DNA of 32,000 nt from assembly GCA_030688545.1 (NCBI GenBank), contig JAUYHT010000006.1, positions 360,001-392,000 of the forward strand, written 5' to 3'. Shown here piece after piece: positions 1-8,908 of the stretch. Each line of letters begins with the position of its first letter. Position 1 is the first letter of the stretch. The translations under genes were made by a program, and so were the position numbers. The notes under the pieces were generated by a model that had not been told where the DNA came from, did not search any database, and was given only the letters and a program-made list of their open reading frames with translations. Origin of the DNA: Candidatus Iainarchaeum sp. Lineage in GTDB: Archaea > Iainarchaeota > Iainarchaeia > Iainarchaeales > VGJJ01.

Positions 1-888
1 AGAATGTACAATCCTTGCGTCTCCATGGGGGAGGGGGCGAGGAGGACATGATTTCGCTTCACCGCGGTCGCCAATGCTTTCCCGGATTTTGGTCCAATGA
101 AATGCACATGTTTCCCTAATCCCAAGTCGAATGCTTTCCGTTTCAGGGATGTCTCGGCCGGTCCAGCCCCAATGAGATTCAGAATAAAAGCGGGATCTTT
201 TTCGCGCAATAGTTTAAGCACCTCGATGGCCACATCGATTCGCTTTTCAAATGAAATTCTTCCGAAATAAACCAGGTTTTTAGTCTTCTTGGGAGGGGTG
301 GCTTTAGTCGAGGCGAATAGATGGTAATCGATGCCATTGCTGAGCACCCGCACCTTTGAAAACCCATGGAAAATCAATTCATCCGCCAACACCTGAGTGG
401 GGGTTGAAATGAGATCGCACCGGCCATAGAAGCGCTGGGTGTAAGTCCAAGTGAGTTGCTTCATGATGGGATTATCCTTGAGGAGGGGGAGGGGCACGTA
501 TTCCAGGAACTCAGATACGAGGGTGTGAAATGTCCCGATGACGGGAATCTTGTTTCGTTGGGCGAGTTTGATCCCCTGATCGGCCACAAAAAAAGGGGTG
601 TGGATGTGCACTATTTCCGGATTAAAATCTTTGAATTTTTTTTCGGCCTCGTGGGAAAAAGAATAAGCGATGAGGTAATCTGGATAGGTGGGCAATGGTC
701 GCGCGGGCAACCAAACCACTTCCACGTGTTTAATGGATGGAAATGTTTTCACCTCACCCGCCGGCTTGGGAGCATAGATGAGGAAAGAATGCCCCTGCCG
801 TGAGAGGACACGGACCATGTTGAGGATGCTCGTGGTGACCCCATTGATTTGGGGCCAGAAGGAGTCGGTGAATATGGCGATGCGCATG
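1..888 (-). CDS. Glycosyltransferase, GT4 / group 1 (GT-B fold). The C-terminus is cut off by the window edge.
   Basis: Absent from the ORF track because it runs off the window. My reverse-strand translation from the ATG at 886-888 gives MRIAIFTDSFWPQINGVTTSILNMVRVLSRQGHSFLIYAP...VYFGRISFEKRIDVAIE...LAPSPMETQGLYI with no stop down to position 1. It has the typical GT4 N-terminus and the start of the E-x7-E region. Confidence 0.8.
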
Positions 889-995
889 AGTTGCCTCGTT
901 GAAAATACTTGTCGATTCACCCAAACCTTCCATTAATTTTATGTGATTGAATGGATATCTACCTCGATTAGGAGTTTATATGACCATAATGTTAG

Positions 996-1721
996 TCAAT
1001 CCCGCACGTCCTCGTATTTCTGCGAGGCTCTTCCGGTGAGGTGGTACCGCACCCCATTGAAGAGGTGGAATCCAACGTAGCGCAGGTATCCCCATTTCTT
1101 CACGCGTCGGGCCGAGACGAAATGGTGGAGAAATTGGTCATAGTGCAGATCCCCGTGGTGTCGGGCGCGCTTACCCAGATCCAGGTCCTCGCACGTGATG
1201 TAGGCGGTGTTGAATCCCCCGATTTTCTCGAATACTTCCCGGCGGATGGCGATGTTGCTTCCGATGGGGTTGTGCATGCGCAGGAAGCTCATGACCCGCA
1301 GGAATTTGGGCATGAAGAAAGTGGAGAGGAATTGTTCCTGTTTGGACACATCGGAATAAAACACGGGGCCGTAGATCATGGAGACGGATGGATTTTTTTG
1401 GAATGTCTCACATATCTTCCTGGCCCAATCCCTCGGGGCGCGCGAATCCGCATCGGTGAAAGCGATGATGTTCCCTTCCGCCACCCCCGCGCCGGCCTGG
1501 CGCTCATATGCGATGCTGCGATTTTTTTCCACGACCACCTTGTCCGCCAGAGGACGTGCCAATGCTACTGTTTTATCCTCGGAATTCCCGTCCGCCACGA
1601 TAATTTCATAATTCCCTTGGAAATCCTGGTCGCGCAGGGAATTAAGACAAGTCGCGATGTTCTTCTCCTCATTGAGAGTGCATACGACGATGGAAAGGGC
1701 AATGGGTTGAGGAGCAACCAT
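996..1721 (-). CDS. Glycosyltransferase family 2
   Basis: 241 aa. LSIVVCTLNEEKNIATCLNSLRDQ, then IIVADGNSEDKT and FTDADS (a DxD-type motif), typical of GT2 / GT-A enzymes. A TTTAATAT-like box lies about 26 nt upstream of the ATG on the minus strand. Confidence 0.8.
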   Translation of the reverse strand: MVAPQPIALSIVVCTLNEEKNIATCLNSLRDQDFQGNYEIIVADGNSEDKTVALARPLADKVVVEKNRSIAYERQAGAGVAEGNIIAFTDADSRAPRDWARKICETFQKNPSVSMIYGPVFYSDVSKQEQFLSTFFMPKFLRVMSFLRMHNPIGSNIAIRREVFEKIGGFNTAYITCEDLDLGKRARHHGDLHYDQFLHHFVSARRVKKWGYLRYVGFHLFNGVRYHLTGRASQKYEDVRD

Positions 1722-1852
1722 ACCTATTGGAAGAGAGCGTGGAAATATTAAAGTGATAGTGAGGGATCAGAAATTGGGCAAACCCAACCTCCTAATCCAT
1801 CCTTTCGACTCCAAGACAGGTTGAACAGATGAGTTGAAAATTTCAGTGGCCA

Positions 1853-3163
1853 CTAGGCGAATAGCAGTTTGAGGTAGAATCCGGGCGAGATGAAGTTTTT
1901 CCGTGCTTCCTCGTTCACGAGCATGCCCGAGATGGTGTCGCGGATCTCTTTGCTCTTGGCGGCCTTCCCTATGACCAGGTTGAGCAGCCATTGGTGGCGG
2001 CCCATTTTCTGGAGCATGTAGCTCGTCTGCATCTCGGGCCCAATTTCTTTCCATAATTCATCCGCGTACCATTGCATGAAGGCGGGGGAGAAATCATGGG
2101 CTTTATAGGCGCGGTCGATGGCTTCCGCGGCGAATTTTCCGGAGGTCATGGCATTCCCTATGCCTTCTCCCGAAAAAGGGTCGACGAGCGAGGCCGCGTC
2201 CCCGATGAGCAGCCATCCTTTTCCATGGAGGGTGCGTCTGAAACTCCCAAAGGGCAATGTCCATCCTTTAATGTCTCCCAACCGTTCCGCGTTCTTGAAG
2301 CGTTCCTTGAAAAGCGGGTGTTCCTGGATCACCTTTTCGGTTTCCTGCACGAGGTTAACCCCTTTCTTCTGTCGGTCTGCCCGCACCATGCCCAATCCCA
2401 CATTGGCCTTCCCATCTTCGAGGGGGAATATCCAGAAATACCCCGGCATCACCGAGTCCACGAAGTGAATTTCGATATTAGGAGTTAGTCCCGCGACGCC
2501 TTTGTAATACACCCGTGTCGCCTCGCAGAGGTGCTCGTCGGGTATCTTTTCCACTCCCACCTTTTGAGCGACCACCGAGTACACGCTGTCGGCGCCGATG
2601 ACGAATGTGGAGTGGAATGCGTGAATTTCCTTCGTGAGAAGATCCATACCCCTCACTCCGATGACGGTCTTTTCATCATCAAAAAGGAGATCAGTTACCT
2701 GGAATTGCTCCCTGACCTCAACCCTTTCCCGGGCGTGACGGAAGAGGAAATAGTCAAATTCCATGCGTCGGGCCACATACCCTCGAGGCTTGTTCTTTTC
2801 CTCTTCATTCTTGTAGGGCATGGGAATCTCGAGCATTTCCCCTTTAGGAGAGGAGAAGACGAGGCCATATACCTTGGCGTGGTCGATAGTTTCCATTTCT
2901 CCATCCAAACCCAGGGCTTTCAGCATTCCCACGCTCTTCCCTGAAACCGCGTCCCCGCAAATCTTGTCGCGCGGATATTTCTGTTTCTCGAGGAGCAATA
3001 CCTTGTATCCTTTCTCCTGGAGGAACATGGCGGCGCTACTCCCCCCCGGTCCGGCACCCACGACGATGACATCATACTTAGGAGTAGTTGTTTGGGGGGG
3101 CAAAACAGGGGGTGATTCCTCCCCCGTTTGAATGGGAGTCAGCGAAGTGATTTGGGAGGGCAT
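1853..3163 (-). CDS. Geranylgeranyl reductase family flavoprotein (archaeal lipid / digeranylgeranylglycerophospholipid reductase-like)
   Basis: 436 aa. FAD dinucleotide fold YDVIVVGAGPGGSSAAMFL, then KICGDAVS and LLIGDAASLVDPFSGEGIGNAM, as in the GGR family. A ~28 aa Pro/Thr-rich N-terminal extension leaves the start uncertain. Confidence 0.85.
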   Translation of the reverse strand: MPSQITSLTPIQTGEESPPVLPPQTTTPKYDVIVVGAGPGGSSAAMFLQEKGYKVLLLEKQKYPRDKICGDAVSGKSVGMLKALGLDGEMETIDHAKVYGLVFSSPKGEMLEIPMPYKNEEEKNKPRGYVARRMEFDYFLFRHARERVEVREQFQVTDLLFDDEKTVIGVRGMDLLTKEIHAFHSTFVIGADSVYSVVAQKVGVEKIPDEHLCEATRVYYKGVAGLTPNIEIHFVDSVMPGYFWIFPLEDGKANVGLGMVRADRQKKGVNLVQETEKVIQEHPLFKERFKNAERLGDIKGWTLPFGSFRRTLHGKGWLLIGDAASLVDPFSGEGIGNAMTSGKFAAEAIDRAYKAHDFSPAFMQWYADELWKEIGPEMQTSYMLQKMGRHQWLLNLVIGKAAKSKEIRDTISGMLVNEEARKNFISPGFYLKLLFA

Positions 3164-3234
3164 ATCCCATCATGGGTCGCGAAAAGGGATTTAAACGCGT
3201 GGGGTGGCGGCCTTTCCCAAATAGGCCCTTTTCC

Positions 3235-4545
3235 TTATTTGGCTCTAATCTCATGCACTTTGGCATTCATGAGCAGTTCCAGCTCTTTGAGTTGTTGCTG
3301 TTGGGCCATATTGGTGACGAATGTCACGGCAATCCCTTTCCGTCCTTGCCGCGCTGTCCTTCCGATGCGGTGGATGTAAGTCTCATATTCCTCTGGAAAG
3401 TCAAAGTTAATCACATGGGAGATGTCCTCGACATGGATGCCCCGCGACGCCACATTCGTGGCGAGGAGGAGGGGAAATTTCCCTTCTTTGAAGTCTCGTA
3501 AATTGCGTTCGCGCTGGGCTTGGGTCATATCCCCATGTATTTTTGCCACGGGAAAGCGGCGGCGTTCTAATTGGTGGGCGAGCCAGTCCACCGTGCGCTT
3601 GGTCGAGCAGAAAATGATCCCCCGAGTCACGTCGAATTGGTGCACCAACCCCAGAAGGGTGGAAACGCGTTGCTTGGGATCCACATTCACGAAGTATTGG
3701 ATGATGTTTTCTACAGTAAGAGTGTCCTGGCTGAGGTTCACTTCAAGAAAATCCCGCATGTGCTTGCGCGCCAGCTTTTTGATACCGGAAGGCATGGTCG
3801 CGGAGAAGAGGAGTGTCTGTCGTTCTTTGGGGGCGTAGGAGAGGATGGTTTCGATGTCATCCACGAATCCCATGTCGAGCATCTTGTCTGCCTCGTCCAG
3901 AACGACGACGCGCAGGCGGGAGAGATTGAGCACTTTCTGCCGGAGGAAATCCATTATTCTTCCAGGAGTTCCGACGACAATGTGGGCGCCCCGCTTGAGT
4001 TCGGTGATTTGCGCATTCATATTGGCGCCACCGAAAACAGCGACGACATGCGCGGGGGTATGTTTCCCTATCTTCTGGATCTCGTGCTTCACTTGCAGGG
4101 CGAGTTCGCGCGTGGGAACGACGATCAGGGCTTGAGGGGATTTTATTGTTGGATCCACGTGCTGGAGGATAGGGATGCCGAAGGCGGCGGTCTTCCCCGT
4201 ACCCGTTTTGGCTTGCCCGAGGACATCCTTTCCATCCTGGATGAGGGGAATGGTTTCGTGTTGGATGGGCGTAGGAATAGTATACCCATGTTCATCCAGA
4301 CTGCGTATTATGTCGGAGGGTATTCCGAAAGCGTGAAAGGTGAGGGGGGGCTCATCGGTCTCCACGAGAATACTTTCATCCAGTGGAGGGGGAGAAATGG
4401 GAGATGGAGTTTGGCTCATTTTCTTTTTGATGGGTATTGAGGAAGGAAGCCGCGGGGTTTTGGTCCGGCGGGGGATTGTTTTTTTCCGTTTGGGAGGGGT
4501 CATGACTATAATGGGGAGAGAGGGAATTATAAAACCCCAATTCAT
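3235..4545 (-). CDS. DEAD-box ATP-dependent RNA helicase
   Basis: Q motif (TPIQ), motif I AKTGTGKT, Ia PTRELA, II DEAD, III SAT, V/VI ARGIHV and HRIGRTARQG. The basic, Pro-rich N-terminal tail may be partly an over-call. In-frame ATGs at 4503 and 4419 are alternative starts. A TTATAAAA box lies at 4526-4533. Confidence 0.9.
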   Translation of the reverse strand: MNWGFIIPSLPIIVMTPPKRKKTIPRRTKTPRLPSSIPIKKKMSQTPSPISPPPLDESILVETDEPPLTFHAFGIPSDIIRSLDEHGYTIPTPIQHETIPLIQDGKDVLGQAKTGTGKTAAFGIPILQHVDPTIKSPQALIVVPTRELALQVKHEIQKIGKHTPAHVVAVFGGANMNAQITELKRGAHIVVGTPGRIMDFLRQKVLNLSRLRVVVLDEADKMLDMGFVDDIETILSYAPKERQTLLFSATMPSGIKKLARKHMRDFLEVNLSQDTLTVENIIQYFVNVDPKQRVSTLLGLVHQFDVTRGIIFCSTKRTVDWLAHQLERRRFPVAKIHGDMTQAQRERNLRDFKEGKFPLLLATNVASRGIHVEDISHVINFDFPEEYETYIHRIGRTARQGRKGIAVTFVTNMAQQQQLKELELLMNAKVHEIRAK

Positions 4546-4557
4546 GTAGAAGCCAAC

Positions 4558-5259
4558 GTGGGTTTTTCTTCTATTTCATGGGTTAGGAAAGCCATGAAGC
4601 TCCAGGCCTGGCCCCCCCACCTGCGTCCGCGAGAGCGGGGAAAGGAGGAAGGGTTCCATGTCCTTTCCGACGCCGAATTGCTGGCCATCCTTTTGCGCAC
4701 CGGGAGGAAAGGGAAGAATGCGGTGGAACTGGCTCATGAGGTTTTGCGGGGATGCGAGGGAGATTTGACCCGTTTGCAGGCGGGGGAAACGGATGACCTC
4801 ATCCAGAATGGATTGGGAAATGTCCAAGCCATCACCGTGAAGGCCGCGCTCGAGTTAGGCACCCGGATGAACACCCGGCATGAGATACCGCGCTCGCGGG
4901 GGGATATGGAGGCATCTATTGCCACCCGTATCCGGGGGTTGGCGCATGAAGTGTTCTATGTGATTCCCCTTGACCGAAGGGATAGGGCACTTGGAAACCC
5001 GGTGAAGATCAGCGAAGGGACGCGGTATGCGGTGATGGTGGAACCCCGAGATGTGTTGCGGGTGGCGGTGCAGAGGAATGCGGCGCGTCTCGTGCTCATG
5101 CATAATCATCCTTCCCAGGATGCCTCCCCTTCGGCGCAGGACTTGTTGCTCACCAAACAAATTTTGGAAGGATGCGCATGGATTGATGTGGAGTTGGCGG
5201 ACCACCTCATCGTGACGCGTGAAGAATTATTCAGGATGCGGGAGGAAGGGCTGTTCTAA
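4558..5259 (+). CDS. radC: RadC-family JAB/MPN-domain protein (UPF0758)
   Basis: N-terminal HhH-like LSDAELLAILLRTGRKGKNAVELA. C-terminal JAB motif LMHNHPSQDASPSAQDLLLTKQ (HxHPS...S..D). The likelier start is the ATG at 4594 (MKLQAW), downstream of the TATA at 4526-4533. Confidence 0.85.
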   Translation: MGFSSISWVRKAMKLQAWPPHLRPRERGKEEGFHVLSDAELLAILLRTGRKGKNAVELAHEVLRGCEGDLTRLQAGETDDLIQNGLGNVQAITVKAALELGTRMNTRHEIPRSRGDMEASIATRIRGLAHEVFYVIPLDRRDRALGNPVKISEGTRYAVMVEPRDVLRVAVQRNAARLVLMHNHPSQDASPSAQDLLLTKQILEGCAWIDVELADHLIVTREELFRMREEGLF

Positions 5260-6983
5260 TTTCCTTCCGTCGTCAGAACAGGATAAACCTGCGTGGCCTC
5301 GCGTTTGAACGTGACAGATGGGCGCAGGAAACCATGCGTCCCCAAATGGGTTTCACTCCACGCGGGCACTTCAATATACACCCCTAACCCGCTTTCGGTG
5401 TCGCAGGCCTTGCTCGTGGATATGGGCACGGTGTGAATACTCACGTCATAGGGGAGTATGCCTTGCGTGGCCAACCATTCAATCATGCGTTCCTTTACCC
5501 CTGCTTCATTCCCCTGCGTCAAATCTGGACTCCCCCAAGGAGGAGTGGCGCAGAATTTGGTGGGATAGAATAAGGGGATGGGGGCGGTGTTGGATTGGGA
5601 GGTGAACATCACGAGCTGTTCCTCTCCCGCGCGGACGAACATCCTGTCTTCGAGGAGGCGCATGCTTTCCGCGTCCGCGATCCCCAATCCATACACCTTG
5701 TTGGAGCGGACGGTACACTTGTTATCGAGGTTGAATCCATTGATGAAGGCCATTTCTTTGACGGTGATGCCATCTTCCTCCAACCATTCTTTCATGAGTT
5801 GCATATCCCTTTCGGGGGAGATAACCGGCTGCTTGGGAACCTTCCACGGGTTGGCGTAGCATTGGAAGGGCATGAACACATACCACTCGAGCAACTCATA
5901 CGAGGGAGGAGAATGGAGCTCTGGGATGCTTCCGATGAGGGTGAATCCCAGTGTTTCGGCCGCCGCTTGTTGGGATGGAGGAAGAATGATATGATAAGTT
6001 GCGCCACTCCCACATGTGCACGCGGCGCAGGCCACAAACCCTTGAGGAGGCGGAACATACCGGGTGTTTTCTGGGGTGAGGGTGTTATCCTCCAACCATT
6101 GGGTAAAGGCCGCGCGGTCAGCTTCCGCATTAAGGGGCTGCTCGGGGTCTTGCCAGGGGTTGGTGTGGCATTGTTTCAGGTCATAGCGCAGGAGCGAATA
6201 CCCTTCCGTGAGAATGGTAGCAGTTATTGAGTTGGAGTAGGCCGTTCGAAGAGAGGTGCACCCTCCCTGGGATAACGGTTGGGTTGAGTCGCACCCGATG
6301 CCATAGGGAATAGTCCCCCGATATTCTCCACTCATTTGGATGGTGCCCTCGAATGCGATGCGCGTCTGGGGCGCCAATGAGGATGGAAGGCCTTCCCAAA
6401 CACACGTGTTAGGGATAATGGGGGTGGTGCCTTCCAATGCCATCCGCTCCCAGATGAAATTATTGCAACCGCCATAGAAAATGGATTGGTCGGTGGGGTT
6501 GTAGAAAAATATTCGGTAAGACACAGCATTGGTTCCAGTTGGAGTAGTATCGTCACGTAGTGAACTCACAATATGCGCAAAGGGTTCATTCATGGGGACA
6601 AACCCCGCGGCTTCTAATGGGCCGCGGTTCATCGCATCGGGAGCATGCACGAGTAAATAGTCTCCCCGCGGGCAATTGAGCGCCGCGCATACCGCGACAT
6701 CCCGCGCGAGGAAAAATGCGTCGTCGTATGAAATGGTTTGGGTGGACAGCCACTCCCTCGCGCGATTGATTTCGGTGGGATCCGCGAGGTAGGGGAGGTC
6801 CGCCACCTGCCAGGGATTGGTGTTCGACTGAATGGGAGCATAAAACCACCATTCCCCGGGGGGAATAGGAGAGGGTTGTCCGTTCCCGGGAGGAAGACCA
6901 TTGTCATTTCCATTGGAGGGGGTTTGGACACATCCCGCAAGGACGAGGAAGAGCAATATGGCGAGGATGGAGAGGTATCGCAT
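5256..6983 (-). CDS. Secreted lipoprotein-like protein of unknown function with four repeated Cys/NPW modules
   Basis: 575 aa. Signal peptide with lipobox-like LVLAGC. A repeated module QC-x-x-NPW ... EWL ... G(I/L) is centred on aa 55, 275, 378 and 481. It is Cys-rich and I recognise no family. Confidence 0.7.
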   Translation of the reverse strand: MRYLSILAILLFLVLAGCVQTPSNGNDNGLPPGNGQPSPIPPGEWWFYAPIQSNTNPWQVADLPYLADPTEINRAREWLSTQTISYDDAFFLARDVAVCAALNCPRGDYLLVHAPDAMNRGPLEAAGFVPMNEPFAHIVSSLRDDTTPTGTNAVSYRIFFYNPTDQSIFYGGCNNFIWERMALEGTTPIIPNTCVWEGLPSSLAPQTRIAFEGTIQMSGEYRGTIPYGIGCDSTQPLSQGGCTSLRTAYSNSITATILTEGYSLLRYDLKQCHTNPWQDPEQPLNAEADRAAFTQWLEDNTLTPENTRYVPPPQGFVACAACTCGSGATYHIILPPSQQAAAETLGFTLIGSIPELHSPPSYELLEWYVFMPFQCYANPWKVPKQPVISPERDMQLMKEWLEEDGITVKEMAFINGFNLDNKCTVRSNKVYGLGIADAESMRLLEDRMFVRAGEEQLVMFTSQSNTAPIPLFYPTKFCATPPWGSPDLTQGNEAGVKERMIEWLATQGILPYDVSIHTVPISTSKACDTESGLGVYIEVPAWSETHLGTHGFLRPSVTFKREATQVYPVLTTEGN

Positions 6984-7041
6984 GCCCTTTGTAAGAGGGT
7001 GGAGTTTTTTAATCCATTTTAATGGTTCGCCATCGGCTTTT

Positions 7042-7572
7042 CTATTTTTTAGGGTCGGGCATCCGGGGCAGGGCTTCAGGGTGAATGACCCGGGCGGCGG
7101 CGCGGAGAATGGATTTGAATGTGCGGAATTTGACGCGGGCGTAGGCCGCTTCCAATGTCACCCATTCGATGGCGTCGTGTTCGTGGGAGATTATGGCCTC
7201 TCCTTCCTTGCTTTCAGCGAGAAAAAATATGACCTCTCGCGGGATGGCCTTTCCGGCGCGGTACATCGTATACCTATTTACGTGCCGGAATCCTGGGAGG
7301 AAACGAATATTTTTCAACCCCGTTTCTTCGAATACCTCGCGTCGCGCGGTCTGCTCTTCATTCTCTCCCCGTTCCATCCGTCCTTGGGGGGATCCCCAAT
7401 TGTGGGAATAGGTTGAGCGCAGCAGCAACACCTTTTTCCCCCGGAACACAATGGCTCCGCAGGATTTCCCGGGGTGGGGTTCGCGGGGGGCAGAGGGTTT
7501 CATCCGACACTCCTGAAGGAATCCCGAACCATAAATAATGGGACGGGTGGGGGAGGGGTATAAGGATGACAT
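7042..7572 (-). CDS. NUDIX hydrolase
   Basis: Nudix box PQGRMERGENEEQTARREVFEETG (G-x5-E-x7-REUxEExGU). The TATA at 7583-7590 is too close to the annotated start, so the in-frame ATG at 7503 (MKPSAPRE) is the likelier start. Confidence 0.8.
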   Translation of the reverse strand: MSSLYPSPTRPIIYGSGFLQECRMKPSAPREPHPGKSCGAIVFRGKKVLLLRSTYSHNWGSPQGRMERGENEEQTARREVFEETGLKNIRFLPGFRHVNRYTMYRAGKAIPREVIFFLAESKEGEAIISHEHDAIEWVTLEAAYARVKFRTFKSILRAAARVIHPEALPRMPDPKK

Positions 7573-7619
7573 AAACGGGGAGTTTATAAAGTAAAACCGG
7601 GTGCCTTCGGCATGGGAGA

Positions 7620-8381
7620 ATGGGGGTATGGTATATGATTCATTTCGTGGAGGCTGTCAAACGGCCATTGAAGACTAATCCAGTGACCGTGATGCTGGGG
7701 GTTTTGTTCTCTACTTTTATTCCCCTCCAGGCATTCGTGCATGGATTGGGTATTGAAGCGGCACGGCGGACCTTGCGCAGCCAGGACACCATGCCCCATT
7801 TCGATGATTTCGTAGACGCCTTCCTTACAGGGCTAATGGTGTTCGTGGTCACCGTCCTCTATTTCCTCCCCGCCATGCTACTCTTGGTGGGTGGGATTGC
7901 GGTATCTTTTCCTTTTCTCGTGAGCATCGTCTCGCAGATATTATTGTATCCGTTTGCGTCCCTCCAGAGTTTGATGACATTGCTCCTCGGGAGCCCAGTG
8001 GTGGGGGGCCTCGTGGTTCTTCTCGGATTCCTGGCCGCCATCATGCTCCCGGTGGGATTGCAATTTTTTGCTCATGACAAGCGCGTGGGGAGCGCGTTCC
8101 AATTCTCCAAGATTCTACCGGTTATCGTGAGCCCGCACTATTGGATCACCTGGCTCCTCATGGCCGCCTATGGATTGGTGCTGTTGGGATTAGTGACTAT
8201 TCTCTCTGCCCCCGGTTTCAGTATCATCTCCCTAATCCTGGCAGGCATCGCCTGGTACATGTGGTGGATGACCTGGTACACCATGATGGGGGAATCCGTC
8301 AGGGAAGCGGAAGGGTGGCATGCCCGTTCTCGTGCGACGCATACAACAAGTTTCAAGCGAAAGTTTAAGCGAAAACGATAA
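7620..8381 (+). CDS. Multi-pass membrane protein, DUF4013-like, with a basic C-terminal tail
   Basis: 253 aa with about 6 hydrophobic segments. The N-terminal region GLGIEAARRTLRSQDTMPHFDDFVDAFLTGLMVFVVTVLYFLP resembles the DUF4013 signature as I recall it. TTTATAAA lies at 7583-7590, about 30 nt upstream. Confidence 0.6.
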   Translation: MGVWYMIHFVEAVKRPLKTNPVTVMLGVLFSTFIPLQAFVHGLGIEAARRTLRSQDTMPHFDDFVDAFLTGLMVFVVTVLYFLPAMLLLVGGIAVSFPFLVSIVSQILLYPFASLQSLMTLLLGSPVVGGLVVLLGFLAAIMLPVGLQFFAHDKRVGSAFQFSKILPVIVSPHYWITWLLMAAYGLVLLGLVTILSAPGFSIISLILAGIAWYMWWMTWYTMMGESVREAEGWHARSRATHTTSFKRKFKRKR

Positions 8382-8395
8382 ATAGGGTAAAATTG

Positions 8396-8418
8396 GGCGG
8401 AGAGCCCCTCCGCCTTTT
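8396..8418 (+). terminator. Hairpin plus T-tract between convergent genes
   Basis: GGCGGAG (8396-8402) pairs with CTCCGCC (8408-8414), followed by TTTT (8415-8418). It lies 15 nt after the stop of the 7620..8381 gene. Confidence 0.55.
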
Positions 8419-8435
8419 CCCAAAAAATAGGAATT

Positions 8436-8723
8436 TTATTCGTCCGATGCCGCCGCTTCGGTGGCTTCTGGCGCTGGTTCGTCATTGGTTTCGATGACTT
8501 CCCCAAAGCTCACCTTTCCCCGCACCGCGGTGACGCGCACCTTAACGTGCTGTCCTTGCTGGGTGTTGGGAACCACGATGACGAATCCTTGGACCTTGGC
8601 GATGCCATCCCCTTTCTCGCCGATGCCTTCGATGACCACATCATAGATGTCGCCTTCTTTCACGGGGACCGGGCCGAAGTTCCGGCGGGGTCGATCGAAA
8701 TCCATTCCATTCTCTTCATCCAT
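8436..8723 (-). CDS. TRAM-domain (OB-fold) RNA-binding protein
   Basis: PVKEGDIYDVVIEGIGEKGDGIAKVQGFVIVVPNTQQGQHVKVRVTAVRGKVSFGEV is a canonical stand-alone archaeal TRAM domain. Start set at ATG 8723 (MDEENG), which has GGAGGT 8 nt upstream. The track ORF extends to 8762. Confidence 0.8.
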   Translation of the reverse strand: MDEENGMDFDRPRRNFGPVPVKEGDIYDVVIEGIGEKGDGIAKVQGFVIVVPNTQQGQHVKVRVTAVRGKVSFGEVIETNDEPAPEATEAAASDE

Positions 8724-8908
8724 ATTGACTGACCTCCAATGGCAAGAAAGGGTTTTGCACAAAACCCCCGAAAAGGGTGATCCAATTGATAGGGGCGCGG
8801 GGGAAAGGGGTGGGTAAACAGAAGAAGGCTAATGCGGGCATGTGAATCCATTCAGGGAGGGAATTATACCTATACGCCCCCCCGAGGCTTATAAAACCGC
8901 GCCGTTCC

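Noticed and set aside
1041-1751. Long antisense ORFs opposite well-supported genes. Examples: 1041..1751 (+), 2531..2944 (+), 3571..4440 (+), 5595..6230 (+), 12273..12749 (+), 15982..16530 (+), 21006..21635 (-), 22006..22470 (-), 23096..23677 (-), 28704..29216 (-), 29944..30495 (+).
   Set aside because: Each lies entirely within a gene on the other strand that has clear family motifs. Their translations are low-complexity or Arg/Gly/Pro-rich and carry no motifs. This is typical shadow-ORF behaviour in ~55% GC DNA.
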